Positions 11,911-25,692 are shown, counted from the stretch's first letter. The stretch: 64,000 nt of DNA from Massalongia carnosa (GCA_965645245.1 OZ287087.1:930001-994000), one strand, 5' to 3'. The notes: generated by a model from the sequence alone, not told the origin. Translations and numbers: made by a program.

Positions 11911-13347
11911 TGTAATACGGATAACGCTATAGGGATACGTGATCGCCTACGGCGGTTTTGGGATTAACCAGTATGAGCCAAGCCGTAGTACGAAGTCGCA
12001 TAACCGTCGGGGCTCACACGACGCCACCTTGCCACACAACTCCAAATTAGTTGTTACTATGTTCTAGACTGCTTACAGATTAAACACCTGTCGAGGCCAC
12101 GGTTGTAGGTTGCCATGGAGTATAAGTGTAATAGGGTAGGCCTAGTATGCGTTCGTTGAACGTAAGACTGGCCTATGTGGCTATGTGGGATACGTATAGC
12201 CAAAACAACTACCAAGACAATAAGGTCCCGCCTAACCCAGTTAGGCATAGTGTGGGGACTTAACTTATTATGGAGGTGTTTTCGTAGTACACGAAGTATC
12301 CCCTCGCCTCGCCTCACCTCCCCTAGCTCACCTGCCTAGTCTTATCTACCCGTGTCTTTCGGTGTCCGAAGTATTTCGGAGACCGAAAATACCAGGTAGT
12401 ATGGGCAAGGTATGGAAGAAGAGCTTAGGTTATGGATTGTCCTATCCTATATAGATCAATGATCAAGCACTTTAAAAGGGTAGCATTTAGTCTACCCTTT
12501 GACCCGACCCAGCCTATTTGTACCTCTATTGTGACCATCACGTTGTGTAGCCCCTGTGGATCCCATCTTCCAGTAGTGAATGCCTGCTGGGAGAAGGTCT
12601 CCCCGTTTCAATAAGGCGAACTCCTTTAGGCACTAGCCGTGAACTCTACATGAAATATACCGGCCTACTCGGAACTACTTGATCTATTGATGGATCAAGT
12701 ATTGTAACAGGAGGCACGGCTAGCTGGACCCAGCTTGAGCTCGGCCTCCCTAGTGTAATCTTCAGCTTTAACCTTTATTGCTACGGTGGTAGTAATGTCG
12801 GCTAAATAAACATACATGACCTTGTTGTCCAGACCTTGTGTCTAGAGGTAGGTACGCAGTGTAGAGAGAGATTCAGTTGTAGGTATCCTTCCATCGCTAC
12901 GTTAGTAGTGGTGACGGCGAAATGAAGTTATATAGCCTCTGCGTCTAGACTTTATGTTTAGAGGTGTGATAGCAATATGGCGAGTGATCTAGCCGGAGGT
13001 AGAACATTTCTACTTTGTAGGGGATGATCCAGAAGGCTACTCGAGGCTGACTAGATAATCAAGTGAATTTCGAGTTCGTGGATGGATCCAGAGGAATGAT
13101 TGGATGTAAGACGATAAGGTCAGATGTGGGTTGCAAGGCTTCTAATGTTCCAAGGCTCCAAATGCTATAGGTTAGGGGTTCGTAGGATAAATACCAGAAT
13201 GAAACCTGTAGTATTCGTTAGCAATTAGTCTTTATTCTATGAACAACCTACCTTTCGGTCTCGGACGAGATCTCTTGGTCTAAGTACTTCCACATCAGTT
13301 AGTTCTTCGGATCACGTATACTCTCGGAGACTAGCACGTACTAGCTA
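11911..13347. mobile_element. L2 LTR copy, inverted relative to 6492-7521, truncated by a pogo element and containing an L3 solo LTR
   Basis: Reverse-complement similarity to ~6578-7521 on both sides of the 12127-12610 insert; similarity stops at the TA at 13346-13347. Confidence 0.88.
12127..12610. mobile_element. Solo LTR family L3 (484 bp)
   Basis: TG...CA termini, exact TSD ATAAG; near-identical inverted copies at 35353 and 62592. Confidence 0.93.
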
Positions 13348-13436
13348 ATGTATTTCACTGCGCAACGGGACAAACTGGGCAACAGGACTAAGTAAATCCG
13401 AAACTATTACTTTTTGACCATTTTACATAATGAAGC

Positions 13437-13836
13437 TGTAACGTCAGTGCAACCTCTCTATGGTCAGTAGAGGTGCATGGGCAATCAAGTATGAACTGGG
13501 TTAGAGTTAGCTGGAATATCCGCTTCTGGATTACTAGTGAGTTAACCGCGAGGAATCTAGCTTATGAGAAGATAGGCTTCCTTAAATACATGATGGGTGC
13601 TGGGGGTCTCAGTACTGGTCACTGTTAAGTATGACTCCTAGTGACCAAGTGGTAACTGGTGTCCAAGCCATGGACACCCTAGTGGTCTGGGCGGTTACTT
13701 GGTTTCTTGATCCAGACTAGCGTGCCCCTAGTCACATGACGTCCTCTATCTTGTCTATAGCCGTATCTCTAGCTCTAGCCCATCCTCTAGGTCTACTGGG
13801 TTGCCACCGCCATGTTCAGGGTGCGTCTACGTAACA
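13437..13836. mobile_element. Solo LTR (400 bp)
   Basis: TGTAACG...CGTAACA termini with exact TSD GAAGC. Confidence 0.88.
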
Positions 13837-14266
13837 GAAGCCTTCATTACATACATGTTACATACAAATATCATAGCTGAATATATTTATCAATTTATAA
13901 CTTTATAATTCTGGTTGTTGGTAAAAAAACTACCTTCCACAAGACCTCTACCTCTATCTATCAACAATGATTACAATCAGCCTTTGTGGCCTGGAAACAG
14001 ACCAATGGAGCTCATTCTATTACGAAGGCAGCTACTCGATATGCTGTTTCGTAGTCAACTCTGCATGCCCGCATTTAGGGTCGTCAACCACGATTCAAAT
14101 CTGATTAGACTAAACAACTGCTGACTCCCAAGGAGAACGACGCTTTAAAGAACAAGGTTTTACAACTATACGCGTAGGGCTGGCCTGCTAAAATCGCCCT
14201 GTTACGTGAAATGGCCGTGAAATTACTGCGACCAAGGTGGGATCATACTGTACTGGGTGTCAATTG

Positions 14267-14509
14267 TGTTATGATCTACCTAGAGACAAATCATAGGGAT
14301 ACTAGAAACGAATACAATAAAGATAAAGAGGGAAAAGACAATCGACAGCCAGAACCTGCCCCTATATATCCTCTACTGCGCTAGTAACTATGTGGTATAG
14401 TCGTCATGGAACCTTCTAGTAGCTGCGGGAACGAAATCGAAAGTGCCTGCTTATTCCACCTACGATTGCCCTAGGCGGTGCCGAGGTCGTGCCGAGTAGA
14501 ATCGTGATA
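14267..14509. mobile_element. Degenerate solo LTR (~243 bp) within the pogo transposase
   Basis: TGTTATGAT...ATCGTGATA termini; TSD AATTG/AATTT; pogo reading rejoins across it (LGVN|FQQYFLNR). Confidence 0.7.
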
Positions 14510-16142
14510 AATTTTCAACAGTATTTTTTAAATCGTGATCCCGATTTGCATGCTAAATACAGTCGCACAGTTAATCAAGACCGATTATTCGCTGAGAATA
14601 AAGAGATATTTCAGCGCTGGTTTGACCTCTTCCTCTCCATCAAGGAAAAGCACGGAATTCTTGATGAAGAAATCTATAACATTGAGGAAAAGGGGGTTCA
14701 TGATAGTGGTAGCTAGTAGTGTTAAAGTGGTGATTTCTAAGCACGAAAAGCAAGCCTTTTCAGCACAATTAGGCAATCGAGAATGGGTGCTATTGATCGA
14801 GTCCATTTGTACTACCGGCCGATGTTTACCTCTTTTCGTCTTCAAATAAGTCAACACGCAAAAGGCCTGTTACGATATTCTGGAAGACATTGACACTGAA
14901 ATAGCTACAAGCGAAAACGGATAGAGAGACAATAAACTAGATCTTGATTGGTTGAAAAAGTGGTTTGAACCTGCTACTGCAAAACATCTACAAGATAAAT
15001 ATCGACTTCTTATTGTAGATAGTTATGCTTCCCATATTTTTACCGAATTCATTAAGTTTTGCAATGAAAAGAAAACCATTCTTTTGTGTCTACCTCTACA
15101 TATTATCCATATGTTGCAACCTCTAGACGTGAGTGTTTTTGGGCTGTTATCACGGGAGTACAAAAAACAATTAGAGGTCTTCACCCGATTCAACGTCTGT
15201 TCAACGTCTGTTCAGTAGACAAGGTCGATTTTCTGAACATTATTTCAAAAGTAAGAAAAGAAGCAATCAACACAAAAATAGTGCTGACCGCAGGGAGAGC
15301 AACCGGATTAGTACCATACAATCCGTCATCAGTTCTTCAAAAATTTACTAAAAAATAATCGGTGTTGCGAAAGACTAATAGCATCACTACCACTACCACT
15401 ATTACCACAACCACGAATATCACATCTTCTTTCTATCCTAACACTCCGACAACCCTTCAAAACTCTCACTAAATTGAAAAGACACCTGCTTATATCGATT
15501 AAATAAATCAACTGATTCGTCGAATTCGTCGAATTCGGACTGATAAAGAATCAGACTCGACACACGTCCGAGCGCTAAATAAATTGATAAAAGGCGCTTA
15601 ATATGCCTCCGCAGACTCTACCTTACTACGTATTACCAACAACGAGCTACTTTAAGCTAATGTTCGGCGCCACCCTCGAGTCAATAGTAGCGGGGTTCAC
15701 AAATGAGGAAAGGCTCGACTTGTAAGCCTTGAAGACGTTCAACAAAGACAGTAATAAGCCAAAGATAAACAAACGGTAAAAGACGACGAAAAGAAAGCCG
15801 CTCAGCTAAAACGAGCCGAGCAGGACCTTATCAAAACTTTCAGCGAAATTTGTCGATTTAGACCGGATTTACTAGGACAAACGTCTACTGCATCTCCGAC
15901 GAAAAGTCCTTAGAAAGCACCCGATAGTTCACAAATTAGGCCTATTTATTCATTTTAAAGACGATCACTACCCCCTCCCGTGCTTCAACCAATGACTAAA
16001 GAGGTAGAGGGGGTAGAAGAGGTAAAGGTGACGAGGGTAGAGGGGGTAGAGGTGGTAAAGGTAAGTTGGAGGGGAAGAGGTAGAGGTAGAGGTAGTAGAA
16101 GAGGTAAAGAAGGTTCAAACTACTAGATGGAGTCGTATTATA

Positions 16143-16313
16143 TGTAACGGTTCGACCAAGCGTGGTGCGGACGGCAGGACCTACAGCGAACATAGCAGGA
16201 GTCCCAGTTATAGTAGAATAGAGCTTGGTCTGCGGACTAAGTATTGTGCCTTTTGGTCGGGAAGGACAGGGGGCGCAATGGTAGAAATCTATTCACTATC
16301 TCGCTTCGTCACA
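16143..16313 (+). mobile_element. L4 LTR with non-matching flanks, joining pogo DNA to Copia internal DNA
   Basis: Near-identical to 10971-11141; left flank TTATA (pogo), right flank AAATC (Copia leader). Confidence 0.88.
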
Positions 16314-16377
16314 AAATCCAAGGAACCAAAGGGACCCTCTTTTTTTCCCCGCTCAGTAACCCCTACTCCTAAGCACG

Positions 16378-19300
16378 ATGGCCAAAGGGGAGAGTCTATA
16401 CACATTCCCAAAGCTAATGGGGAGTGGAAACTATAAGAAATGGTCCAGAGACATGGCCTTCGCCCTGCAGGAGGCGGAACTTTGGAACTACGTGACTGGT
16501 GCTCGGAAAATGCCTCGAGAAATTCCCCCTCCACCTCCAAAAGCTGATGAGATACCCCCGGAGGAAACAGAGGAACAGCTAGAAAAGCGGGACAAACGGG
16601 ACCATGAACGCCTAGAGTTCTCGGAGAATCAAAGGAGAGTAGTTTGTAAAATAGGCAAGATGTGCACAGATGACGTGCAACAGGAATTCTTGTCGATGAG
16701 AGACCTAGCCAGTGGGGGCATCTGGGACCCGAAGGACCTTTGGGAACACCTGAAAACCCGATACACCCTCAGAAATTGGAGTGCGAAATGGAGCACATTC
16801 AACCGGCTGGAGGAGATAAACTATGAAAATTGCAAGACCATCGAGGAGTATGGTAGCCTAGTCAGGGATATCAAGGCCGAAATCACCGACATGGCCCTGA
16901 CCGTTGAGCACATTGTAGTGCTCAAACTCCTCAATGGACTCAGCAGTTCATTCAACACCTACTTGACCATCCTGAACGAACAAGCTCGGCGGGAGGTTAA
17001 ATTCCCGGCGTTGGATGACTTACTAAAAAACCTGGAGGACGAGGAGGCTCGTATGCGCCAGGACCCTGTCGCCGTAGCTAACATGCTGAAGGCAAAGGGG
17101 AAGAAGAACCCCACCGAACAGGGTAAGACCAAATGCAAATGCTGTGGTTATAATCACTCCGGAAAATGCAGGCATAGCAACGCTACATGTAGGAAGTGTA
17201 GTAAGATTGGCCATCTGGAACGCATTTGTGAAAGCAAAGAAGGTAATGAAACCTCAAACCCCCAAATAGTTTGTACAATAAGGGAATGTTCCGGGAAAAG
17301 AACCCAGGAAACACCGCTTATTTGTATGGCAAATCTGTACCGAGGTCCCAAGAATGCCCACGATCTATTGATCGACTCCGGTGCCACCGCGCACATTATA
17401 TGCAATAAAGATCTCTTTCAAGAAGTGACCTTTCTGAGCGAAAATAGCTGTTTAGAAACTGGTTCCGGAGAGGTGTTATCGACAGAGGGGAAAGGCTCTC
17501 TGCTCGTACCACTGGACAATGGAAATAGAGGTGTAACGTACCTCATTTTGACCAACGTCCTTTTCGCCCCCGACCTAAAATTCAACCTCATCAGCATAAT
17601 ACAACTCGGCAAAAAGGGCATATCTACGTACCTGATGGCGGATGACAAGCCCGCTCAACTGGTGCATAAAGGAAAGGTGGTTGGACTGGCCAAAACAATA
17701 AATAATCAGTATGTTTTGCAGACAACCACTATTAGCCCTACCGAAGCACGGGCCCTCACCACCACAAACGGTACAAAGGCCCCTATCCAAACATGGCACG
17801 AACGACTCGGCCATCTCAGCTACCCAAACCTCCTATAATTAAATCATTTAGCCAATGGAGTCACCATCGAAGGACCCATACCAGAAGAAGTATGCGGCTT
17901 ATGCATGATGGGAAGACAACAGCGGAAAATAAATCGCACTCCACGAACCCGAGCAACAGAATTTCTCGGAATAGTGCATAGCGACTTAGGGGGACCATTT
18001 CCACTGACAAGGTTCGGTGAGCGTTTTTATGCTACGATGAAAGACGACTTCTCCGGGGTAGTGTGGATCTACCTGCTGAAAACAAAGGGTCAAACCTTCA
18101 AATGTTTTAAGCAGTTCAAGACATGGATAGAAAATCAATCGGGAATGAAAATAAAGAGACTCCGAGCTGATGGAGGAGGGGAGTACACCAGTGGTGAATT
18201 CCAGGAATTCCTAAAGAGTGAAGGCATCCAGTGGGAGGCCCGGGCACCAAATGTGCCAGAACAGAATGGGAAGGCCGAAAGGCAAAATTATACCCTCATG
18301 GTCCCCACTCGGTCCATGATGAAGGCTAAAAAGCTCCCAAAGTCCCTTTGGGGGGAGGTCCTGAAGACGGCCGGGTACATCAAGAATAGAAGTCCCGGGG
18401 TTGACGAGGTCACTCCATATGAACGCATGAATAATGCGAAACCCTTCTTCGGCCACATGAGAACGGTCGGGGCAAGGACGTGGGTACATATCCCAAAAGA
18501 GAAGCGCAAGAAGCTGGACGATAGGTCCTGGCAGGGGATATTTGTTGGGTATGAAGGAAACAATCAGTATCGAATTTACGATCCTCTCACTGGAAAAGTC
18601 CATGTTTGTCGCGATATCACCTTCTACGAAGGCAATATATATGATTCCAAGGACAAAAAGGCCTGGGACCTAGCCGACATTCCATGGGAGGGAGACGATG
18701 ATGCTTTGTTTGATGACCCAGATGATTTTGTTGATGAAAACAAAAGTCATAATCCGCCATCTTCGTTGTCTCCAAAAACTCCGAGCTCTGAAATATCGAG
18801 AAGTTCGGAAGTTCAAAATGAAACGGCCCCACCAGCACCACGGATAGTGCTACATCCAATGGGAGTAAATGCTTCGGGGGGAGGCCGAGAAGAGGAGAAT
18901 GGGGGGGAGAGTGACTCCGATGAAGTGGAGGACATTTCTCGCCAGCCCATCGAACCTCGAAGATCTGGACGACTAAGGGTCCCCAGTCAAAGAGCACTGG
19001 AGAACATTTGTCCCAGCATCAACACCGTATTCAGTTCAAACCAGGTCCCGAAATCCCATGAGCACATGGTGCGGGTGCTAGCAACCCTGGCAGGTGGCGA
19101 GGACAATGAGGGCCTCGATGATCCTTTGACACTGAAAGAGGCTATGTCCTCACCCCACTGGGATCAATGGAGAAAGACCATGGAGACCGAGTATCAATCG
19201 CTAGTGGAGAATAAAACTTGGACACTAGAAAGGGCACCGACTGATCGAAAGGTGATCACCGGTCGCTGGGTGTTCAAAATAAAGAAAGACAGAGATGGTA

Positions 19301-20067
19301 AAGTACTGAAGTACAAAGCGAGATGGGTAGCTCATGGCTATAAACAAAAGGAAGGCCTGGACTACCTCGACACCTTTGCCACAGCGGTATAACCAGTCTC
19401 TTATAAGGCATTGATGGGAATCAGTGTAAAGAAGGGACTGTCCATTCATCACATGGATTTGGTGACTGCTTTCCTGTATGGCTCCCTAGATGAAGCCATA
19501 TATGTCATACAACCCACCTTGTTCGAAAAAGGGGAGAACAAGGTCTGCTTACTACGAAAGGCCCTATATGGCCTAAAACAATCCCCTCGTGTATGGTACC
19601 AGACCCTGCAGGATTTTCTGCAAAAGATGGGATTTAAACGAACAGATTCGGATCATGGAGTCTTTGTATCGGACGATATCTTTATAGCGATTTACGTTGA
19701 CGACCTTCTCATCTTCGGAAAAGACACTTCAAAATTGCAGCAATTGCAACTCGAATTGAAGTCCCGTTTCCGCATGACGGACTTGGGAGAAGTCTCCCAT
19801 TATCTGGGAATCGAAGTCGATGTCAACATTGAAAAATCGGTTATAACTATTCGACAAACAACTTACCTGAAGAAGGTGCTGCAGCGATTTAATATGGTCG
19901 ACTGCAGGCCCATTTCCACCCCCATGGACCCCGGTGCCGGAAACACACTCATGCCGTCGGAAGACCAGGCCGACAAGGAAACAATTGCCTGGTACCAGTC
20001 GGTGGCGGGCTCGCTGATGTGGCCAGCCATGCATACACGCCCCGACATCGCTTATGCAGTGGGAGTT
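16378..20067 (+). pseudogene. Ty1/Copia gag-pol (gag, protease, integrase, RT) in one frame with two premature TAA stops; 3'-truncated
   Basis: CRKCSKIGH knuckle, LLIDSGATAH protease, WHERLGH, HSDLGGP...RADGGGEY...EQNGKAER integrase, YKARWVAHG and IYVDDLLI RT; ORFs starting 16378, 17905 and 19411 share a frame. Confidence 0.95.
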
Positions 20068-21226
20068 ACTGGCCGCTAAACCCTTTGAGGACTTTAAGTC
20101 AATGCTTGGCATGGGCTAAACCCAAAGAGGCAAAAATATCCGGAGAGCCTCTAACATACTCGCTCCCTGGGTTAAAAATGACCTAAATGATGATGTTGTC
20201 ATCTCTACGGCTGACTCTGGTTGTACCAATGATTGGTTGAGATTGCAATGGATAAAACACTTTGATAAACACACTGAAAAAATCCGGAAAGGGGCTTGGA
20301 GACTTTTGATCATGGAAGGTTTTGGGTCGCATCATACTCGTGAATTTATAGACTATTGTGAAATCAAAAACATTGTTCCATTCGGATTACCTTCTCATAC
20401 CACACATCTCTTGCAGCCATTGGATGTGTGTGTGTTTCAGCCTCTGAAACACTGGCACTCCGAGGCCGTCAATGAGGCAATTCAGAACGGAGACGAAACG
20501 TTCTCCAACGTCAAATTTTTTGCTGTATTTGACTCGTTTCGATCGCGAGCGTTTAAATCATCAACAATAAAGTCCGCTTGGAAACAAACGGGCTTGATTC
20601 CATACAATCCGGAAATTGTTCTCGATAAAGTTCGAGAACTTCTTCCTCGTCCTCGTGAATCAACTCCAACTCCAACTCCGTCTCATATAGCACCTCAATC
20701 AGTACAAAAAACTCCTCGAACCGTGCGACAGTTGGCCGAGGTAGCCACAGAAATTATGATGCATCCGGCTTGTTCTGGTGATCTTGTACAAATGGTCAGC
20801 AAATTTGTGAAAGGAGCTGTGGCCGAAGTACGAAAAGGCGATCTTCTCGAACAATGCTGGGAACAGCAAACCGCGGCCCAGACTGCTCGAAAAGCTCGTA
20901 AACGAGAGTCCAATAAGATTCTCCATCGCGGAGGTGTACTTACTGTTGGAGAGGCCCGTTCAATGGTTCGAGACAGGGAGGAGCTAGAGGAGGAGAGAGA
21001 GAAAGAACGAGGGGTCGCATGGGAAAAGCGCTATTGTACGGCTCTCACCAAGGTGGCTAGACAGTCAAAAGCGCATAGAAAGATGCTCATGACTAGGCGA
21101 ATGAATAGTCACAAAAGATGGATGGTGATCATGAAGGAATTGTTGAAAAAAACCCCGATGTATGTAGAATAGTTGATTTTTGATTGTATGGCTGGCTAGC
21201 ACTAAGCGAGGCCGACCGAGCGAAAG
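20068..21226 (+). pseudogene. pogo/Fot1 DDE_1 transposase 3' half (ORF 20237-21172) between two inverted Copia copies
   Basis: WRLLIMEGFGSH, LPSHTTHLLQPLDVCVFQPLK, TGLIPYNP, GGVLTVGEAR. Confidence 0.9.
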
Positions 21227-24200
21227 ATGTTCTCCAGTGCTCTTTGACTGGGGACCCTTATTCGTCCAGATCTTCGAGGTTCGATAGGCTGGCGAGGAAT
21301 GTCCTCCACTTCATCGGATTCACTCTCCCCCCAATTCTCCTCTTCTCGGCCTCCCCCCGAAGCATTTACTCCCATTGGATGTAGCACTATCCGTGGTCCT
21401 GGTGGGGCCGTTTCATTTTGAAATTCCGAACTTCTCGATATTTCAGAGCTCGGAGTTTTCGGAGACAACGAAGATGGCGGATTATGACTTTTGTTTTCAT
21501 CAAACAATGCATCATCGTCTCCCTCCCATGGAATGTCGGCTAGGTCCCAGGCCTTTTTGTCCTTGGAATCATATATATTGCCTTCGTCGACGGTGATATC
21601 GCGACAAACATGGACTTTTCAGTGAGAGGATCGTAAATTCGATACTGCTTGTTTCTTTCATACCCAACAAATATCCCCTGCCAGGACCTATCGTCCAGCT
21701 TCTTGCGCTTCTCTTTTGGGATATGTACCCACGTCCTTGCCCCGACCGTTCTCATGTGGCCGAAGAAGGGTTTCGCATTATTCATGCGTTCATATGGAGT
21801 GACCTCGTCAACCCCGGGACTTCTATTCTTGATGTACCCGGCCGTCTTCAGGACCTCCCCCCAAAGAGACTTTGGGAGCTTTTTAGCCTTCATCATGGAC
21901 CGAGTGGGGACCATGAGGGTATAATTTTGCCTTTCGGCCTTCCCATTCTGTTCTGGCACATTTGGTGCCCGGGCCTCCCACTGGATGCCTTCACTCTTTA
22001 GGAATTCCTGGAATTCACCACTGGTGTACTCTCCTCCTCCATCAGCTCGGAGTCTCTTTATTTTCCTCCCCGATTGATTTTCTATCCATTTCTTGAACTG
22101 CTTGAAACATTCGAAGGTTTGACACTTTGTTTTCAGCAGGTAGATCCACACTACCCCGGAGAAGTCGTCTTTCATCGTAGCATAAAAACGCTCACCGAAC
22201 CTTGTCAGTGGAAATGGTCCCCCTAAGTCGCTTTGCACTATTCCGAGAAATTCTGTTGCTCGGGTTCGTAAAGTGCGATTTATTATTCGCTGTTGTCTTC
22301 CCATAATGCATGAGCCGCATACTTCTTCTGGTATGGGTCCTTCGATGGTGACTCCATTGGCTAAATGATTTAATTTTAGGAGGGTTGGGTAGCTGAGATG
22401 GCCGAGTCGTTCGTGCCATGTTTGGATAGGGGCCTTTGTACCGTTTGTGGTGGTGAGGGCCCGTGCTTCGGTAGGACTGATAGTGGTTGTCTGCAAAACA
22501 TGTTGATTATTGATTATTTTTGCCAGTCCAACCACCTTTCCTTTATGCACCAGTTGAGCGGGCTTGTCATCCGCCATCAGATACGTTGATATGCCCTTTT
22601 TGCCGAGTTGTATTGTGCTAATGAGGTTGAATTTTAGGTCGGGGGCGAAAAGGACGTTGGTCAAAATGAGGTTCGTTACACCTCTATTTCCATTGTCCAG
22701 TGGTACGAGCAGAGAGCCTTTTCCCTCTGTCGATAACACCTCTCCGGAACCAGTTTCTAAACAGCTATTTTCGCTCCGAAAGGTCACTTCTTGAAAGAGA
22801 TCTTTATTGCATATAATGTGCGCGGTGGCACCGGAGTCGATCAATAGATCGTGGGCATTCTTGGGGCCTCGGTACACATTTGCCATACAAATAAGCGGTG
22901 TTTCCTGGGTTCTTTTCCTGGAACATTCCCTTATTGTTCAAATATTTGGGGGTTTGAGGTTTCATTACCTTCTTTGCTTTCACAAACGCGTTCCAGATGG
23001 CCAATCTTACTACACTTCCTACATGTAGCGTTGCTATGCCTGCATTTCCCGGAGTGATCATAACCACAGCATTTGCATTTCTTCTTACCCTCTTCGGTGG
23101 GGTTCTTCTTCCCCTTTGCCTTCAGCATGTTAGCTACGGCGACAGGGTCCTGGCGCATACGAGCCTCCTCGTCCTCCAGGTTTTTTAGTAAGTCATCCAA
23201 CGCCGGGAATTTATCCTCCCACCAAGCTTGTTCGTTCAGGATGGTCAGGTAGGTGTTGATTGAACTGCCGAGTTCATTGAGGAGTTTGAGCACTACAATG
23301 TGCTCAACGGTCAGGGCCATGTCGGTGATTTCGGCCTTGATGTCCCTGACTAGGCTACCATACTCGATGGTCTTGCATTTTTCATAGTTTATTTCCTCCA
23401 GCCGGTTGAATGTGCTCCATTTCGCACTCCAATTTCTGAGGGTGTATCGGGTTTTCAGGTGTTCCCAAAGGTCCTTCGGGTCCCAGATGCCCCCATTGGC
23501 TAGGTCTCTCATCAATAAGAATTCCTGTTGCACGTCATCCGTGCACATCTTGCCTATTTTACCAACTACTTTCGTTTGTTTCTCAGAGAACTCTTGGCGT
23601 TCATGGTCCCGTTTGTTCCGCTTTTCTAGCTGTTCCTCGGTTTCCTCCGGGGGTGTCTCATTAGCTTTTGGAGGTGGAGGGGGAATTTCTCGAGGCATTT
23701 CCGAGCACCAGTCACGTAGTTCCAAAGTTCCGCCTCCTGCAGGGCGAAGGCCATGTCTCTCAACCAGTTCTCATAGTTTCCACTCCCCATTAGCTTTGGG
23801 AATGTGTATAGACTCTCCCCTTTGGCCATTGTGCTTAGGAGTAGGGGTTACTGAGCGGGAAAAAGAGGGTCCCTTCGGTTGCTCGGATTTTGAAGTGGGA
23901 TATGAAAAGGAATATATATAATATAGAATGAGGTAGGTGGAAGAGGTGGAGGTGAGTTTGTTTGACAATCAATGTGGGAGCTTATTCAAACGTAGTAGAA
24001 GTGAGCCGGGCTCATAACCTAATGAATGATAAATTCACGTGTAGGTATAATAGCATGATTGTCATAAGATGATTATCTATGTGGGCTATTTGTCTGCTTT
24101 ATATAGCAGTCACAAAACAGTCACATCTAGGAGCCTAAGCGGTCAGACCTTGTCCCCCCATATCTGCTTGTTTAGGCACCCTGACGGTCAGACCTTGGCT

Positions 24201-24339
24201 CCCATATCTGTTTGTTTAGGCACCCTGACGGTCAGACCTTGGCTCCCATATCTGCTTGTTTAGGCACTTTGCAAGGCACCTCCCGAGGCTCATGATGGAT
24301 GCCCATATTGGTGGTGGCCTCATCATCTAACATCTAACA
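21227..24339 (-). mobile_element. Second copy of the same Copia (5' LTR, PBS, gag, protease, integrase), inverted and 3'-truncated
   Basis: ORFs 22931-23725 and 21540-22886 nearly identical to the 16378-19000 products; PBS GGTTATGAGCCC (minus strand, 24008-24019); LTR 24020-24339. Confidence 0.93.
24140..24268. repeat. 44-45 bp tandem repeat x3 in the Copia LTR
   Basis: CGGTCAGACCTTGGCTCCCATATCTGCTTGTTTAGGCACCCTGA units starting at 24140, 24185 and 24229. Confidence 0.9.
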
Positions 24340-25530
24340 ATAGTAACCGGCGTCACTATGTGGCTGACATTTTGCCCCCTAGCAGAACGGGTCAATAGAA
24401 GGGTTGCGATGTCTACTGGCCCCTGCCGTTTCTAACCCTAACCCTTGGATTGTTGGGTTTGAGACAAGTCTTTGCCATGTGGCCGTAATCGCCGCAGTTA
24501 TAGCACTTGATGGTACTGTAGTTGTTACCATTGTTGCCACGGCGTTCCCGCTGACGGCTCGGATCTGTCCTGTCATGATTGAAGGACCTTATAGGCTCCT
24601 TATTGTTTGATGCGTGTCGATTATACTTTCCTCCCTCGTTATATGTGCGATGAGAAGATACGGACCTCTTGCGACGCTGACCTTGATGGAAATCGTCCTT
24701 GTTCCTCTTGTCATGAATAAGGGTTTGATGAAAGCCAGATCGGTAATCATTCCCCGAATCCGATTTCCAGACGTTCCATCCAGTTGTGGCGTCGCTATCC
24801 CATGTGAATCGCGATGATGCCTCTCTTCGGCCATTCGCCTTGGTACGGTTATAGTTGTTGTCAATGGCCTCGAGCTTCTGAGCTAAGGGTTCAAGGAGTT
24901 CCCGGGTGGTTACCGTAGAATTGTGCTTGATTATTTCTTCCCGGAGGGTAGGCTTCAGAGCTCCTAGGAGTGTGTTCATTCTCATGGATGACTCTTGTGG
25001 GGGTAGGATGTCTTCTATGCTCCTGATGTACGCGATTAGCTGGGCAACTGTTTGTCCTTCCCGTTGTCGCACTGAGCGGTACTTCAAGAACCCGTCATGA
25101 AGTCGGAGGTGTGGTGGCCAAACATCGTCTCTCAACCAGGTAACGTATGTTTCCCAGGTAATATTATCGAGACCTACCGCTTCCTCGTGTGTTTTTATTA
25201 TTTATTCATTAAGCGTATGCATCCTAAGAATATGACGCTGTGACTTTTATTTATGTACGTGAACAACAGTCAGGAAGTGGAACCCTGGCCCCCAGGGTAA
25301 AACCACTCCCTTGTTCCATATTGAATGCAACGAAATCGTTCTTCTACCACGCGGTGCATACACCCAGATCTTCAAGCGCTAGGAATCCTATTGACTCGAT
25401 GAACTAGACAGTGTATCTCCACACGTTCGACGAACGTTCTCTCTCTTTAACCGTTTTGACTCAATGAAGGAAAGACTGGCCGTGATCGAGGGCAGATCGT
25501 GGTGTCGTATAAATGAAGGTGTGGAAGTGT

Positions 25531-25692
25531 GGCCATTCCGAATGAATGGGCTTTTCGATGTGGTGAAAGGCTTCCGCCTGAGGGGTGTGGCCATTCCGAA
25601 TAAATGGACTTTTTCGATAAGGTGAAAGGCTTCCGCCTGAGGGGTTTGGCCATTCCGAATGAATGGACTTTGTATGCCTTCGAAGTGGTGAA
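25531..25692. repeat. 58-59 bp tandem repeat (~2.7 copies) inside the retroposon
   Basis: GGCCATTCCGAAT.AATGG.CTTT units starting at 25531, 25589 and 25648. Confidence 0.88.

Larger units (their letters stand above)
13348..16142 (+). mobile_element. Degenerate pogo/Fot1 transposon with two solo-LTR insertions; 3' end lost
   Basis: TIR A(C/T)GTATTTCACTG.GCAACGGGA after TA; transposase remnants YNIEEKGF, GNREWVLLIESI, LLIVDSYASH, HMLQPLDVSVF, ATGLVPYNP. Confidence 0.88.

Noticed and set aside
12057..12614. Small ORFs repeated at 35647 and 62885
   Set aside because: They recur only because they lie in the L3 LTR; they have no domain similarity and their ends differ with flanking DNA
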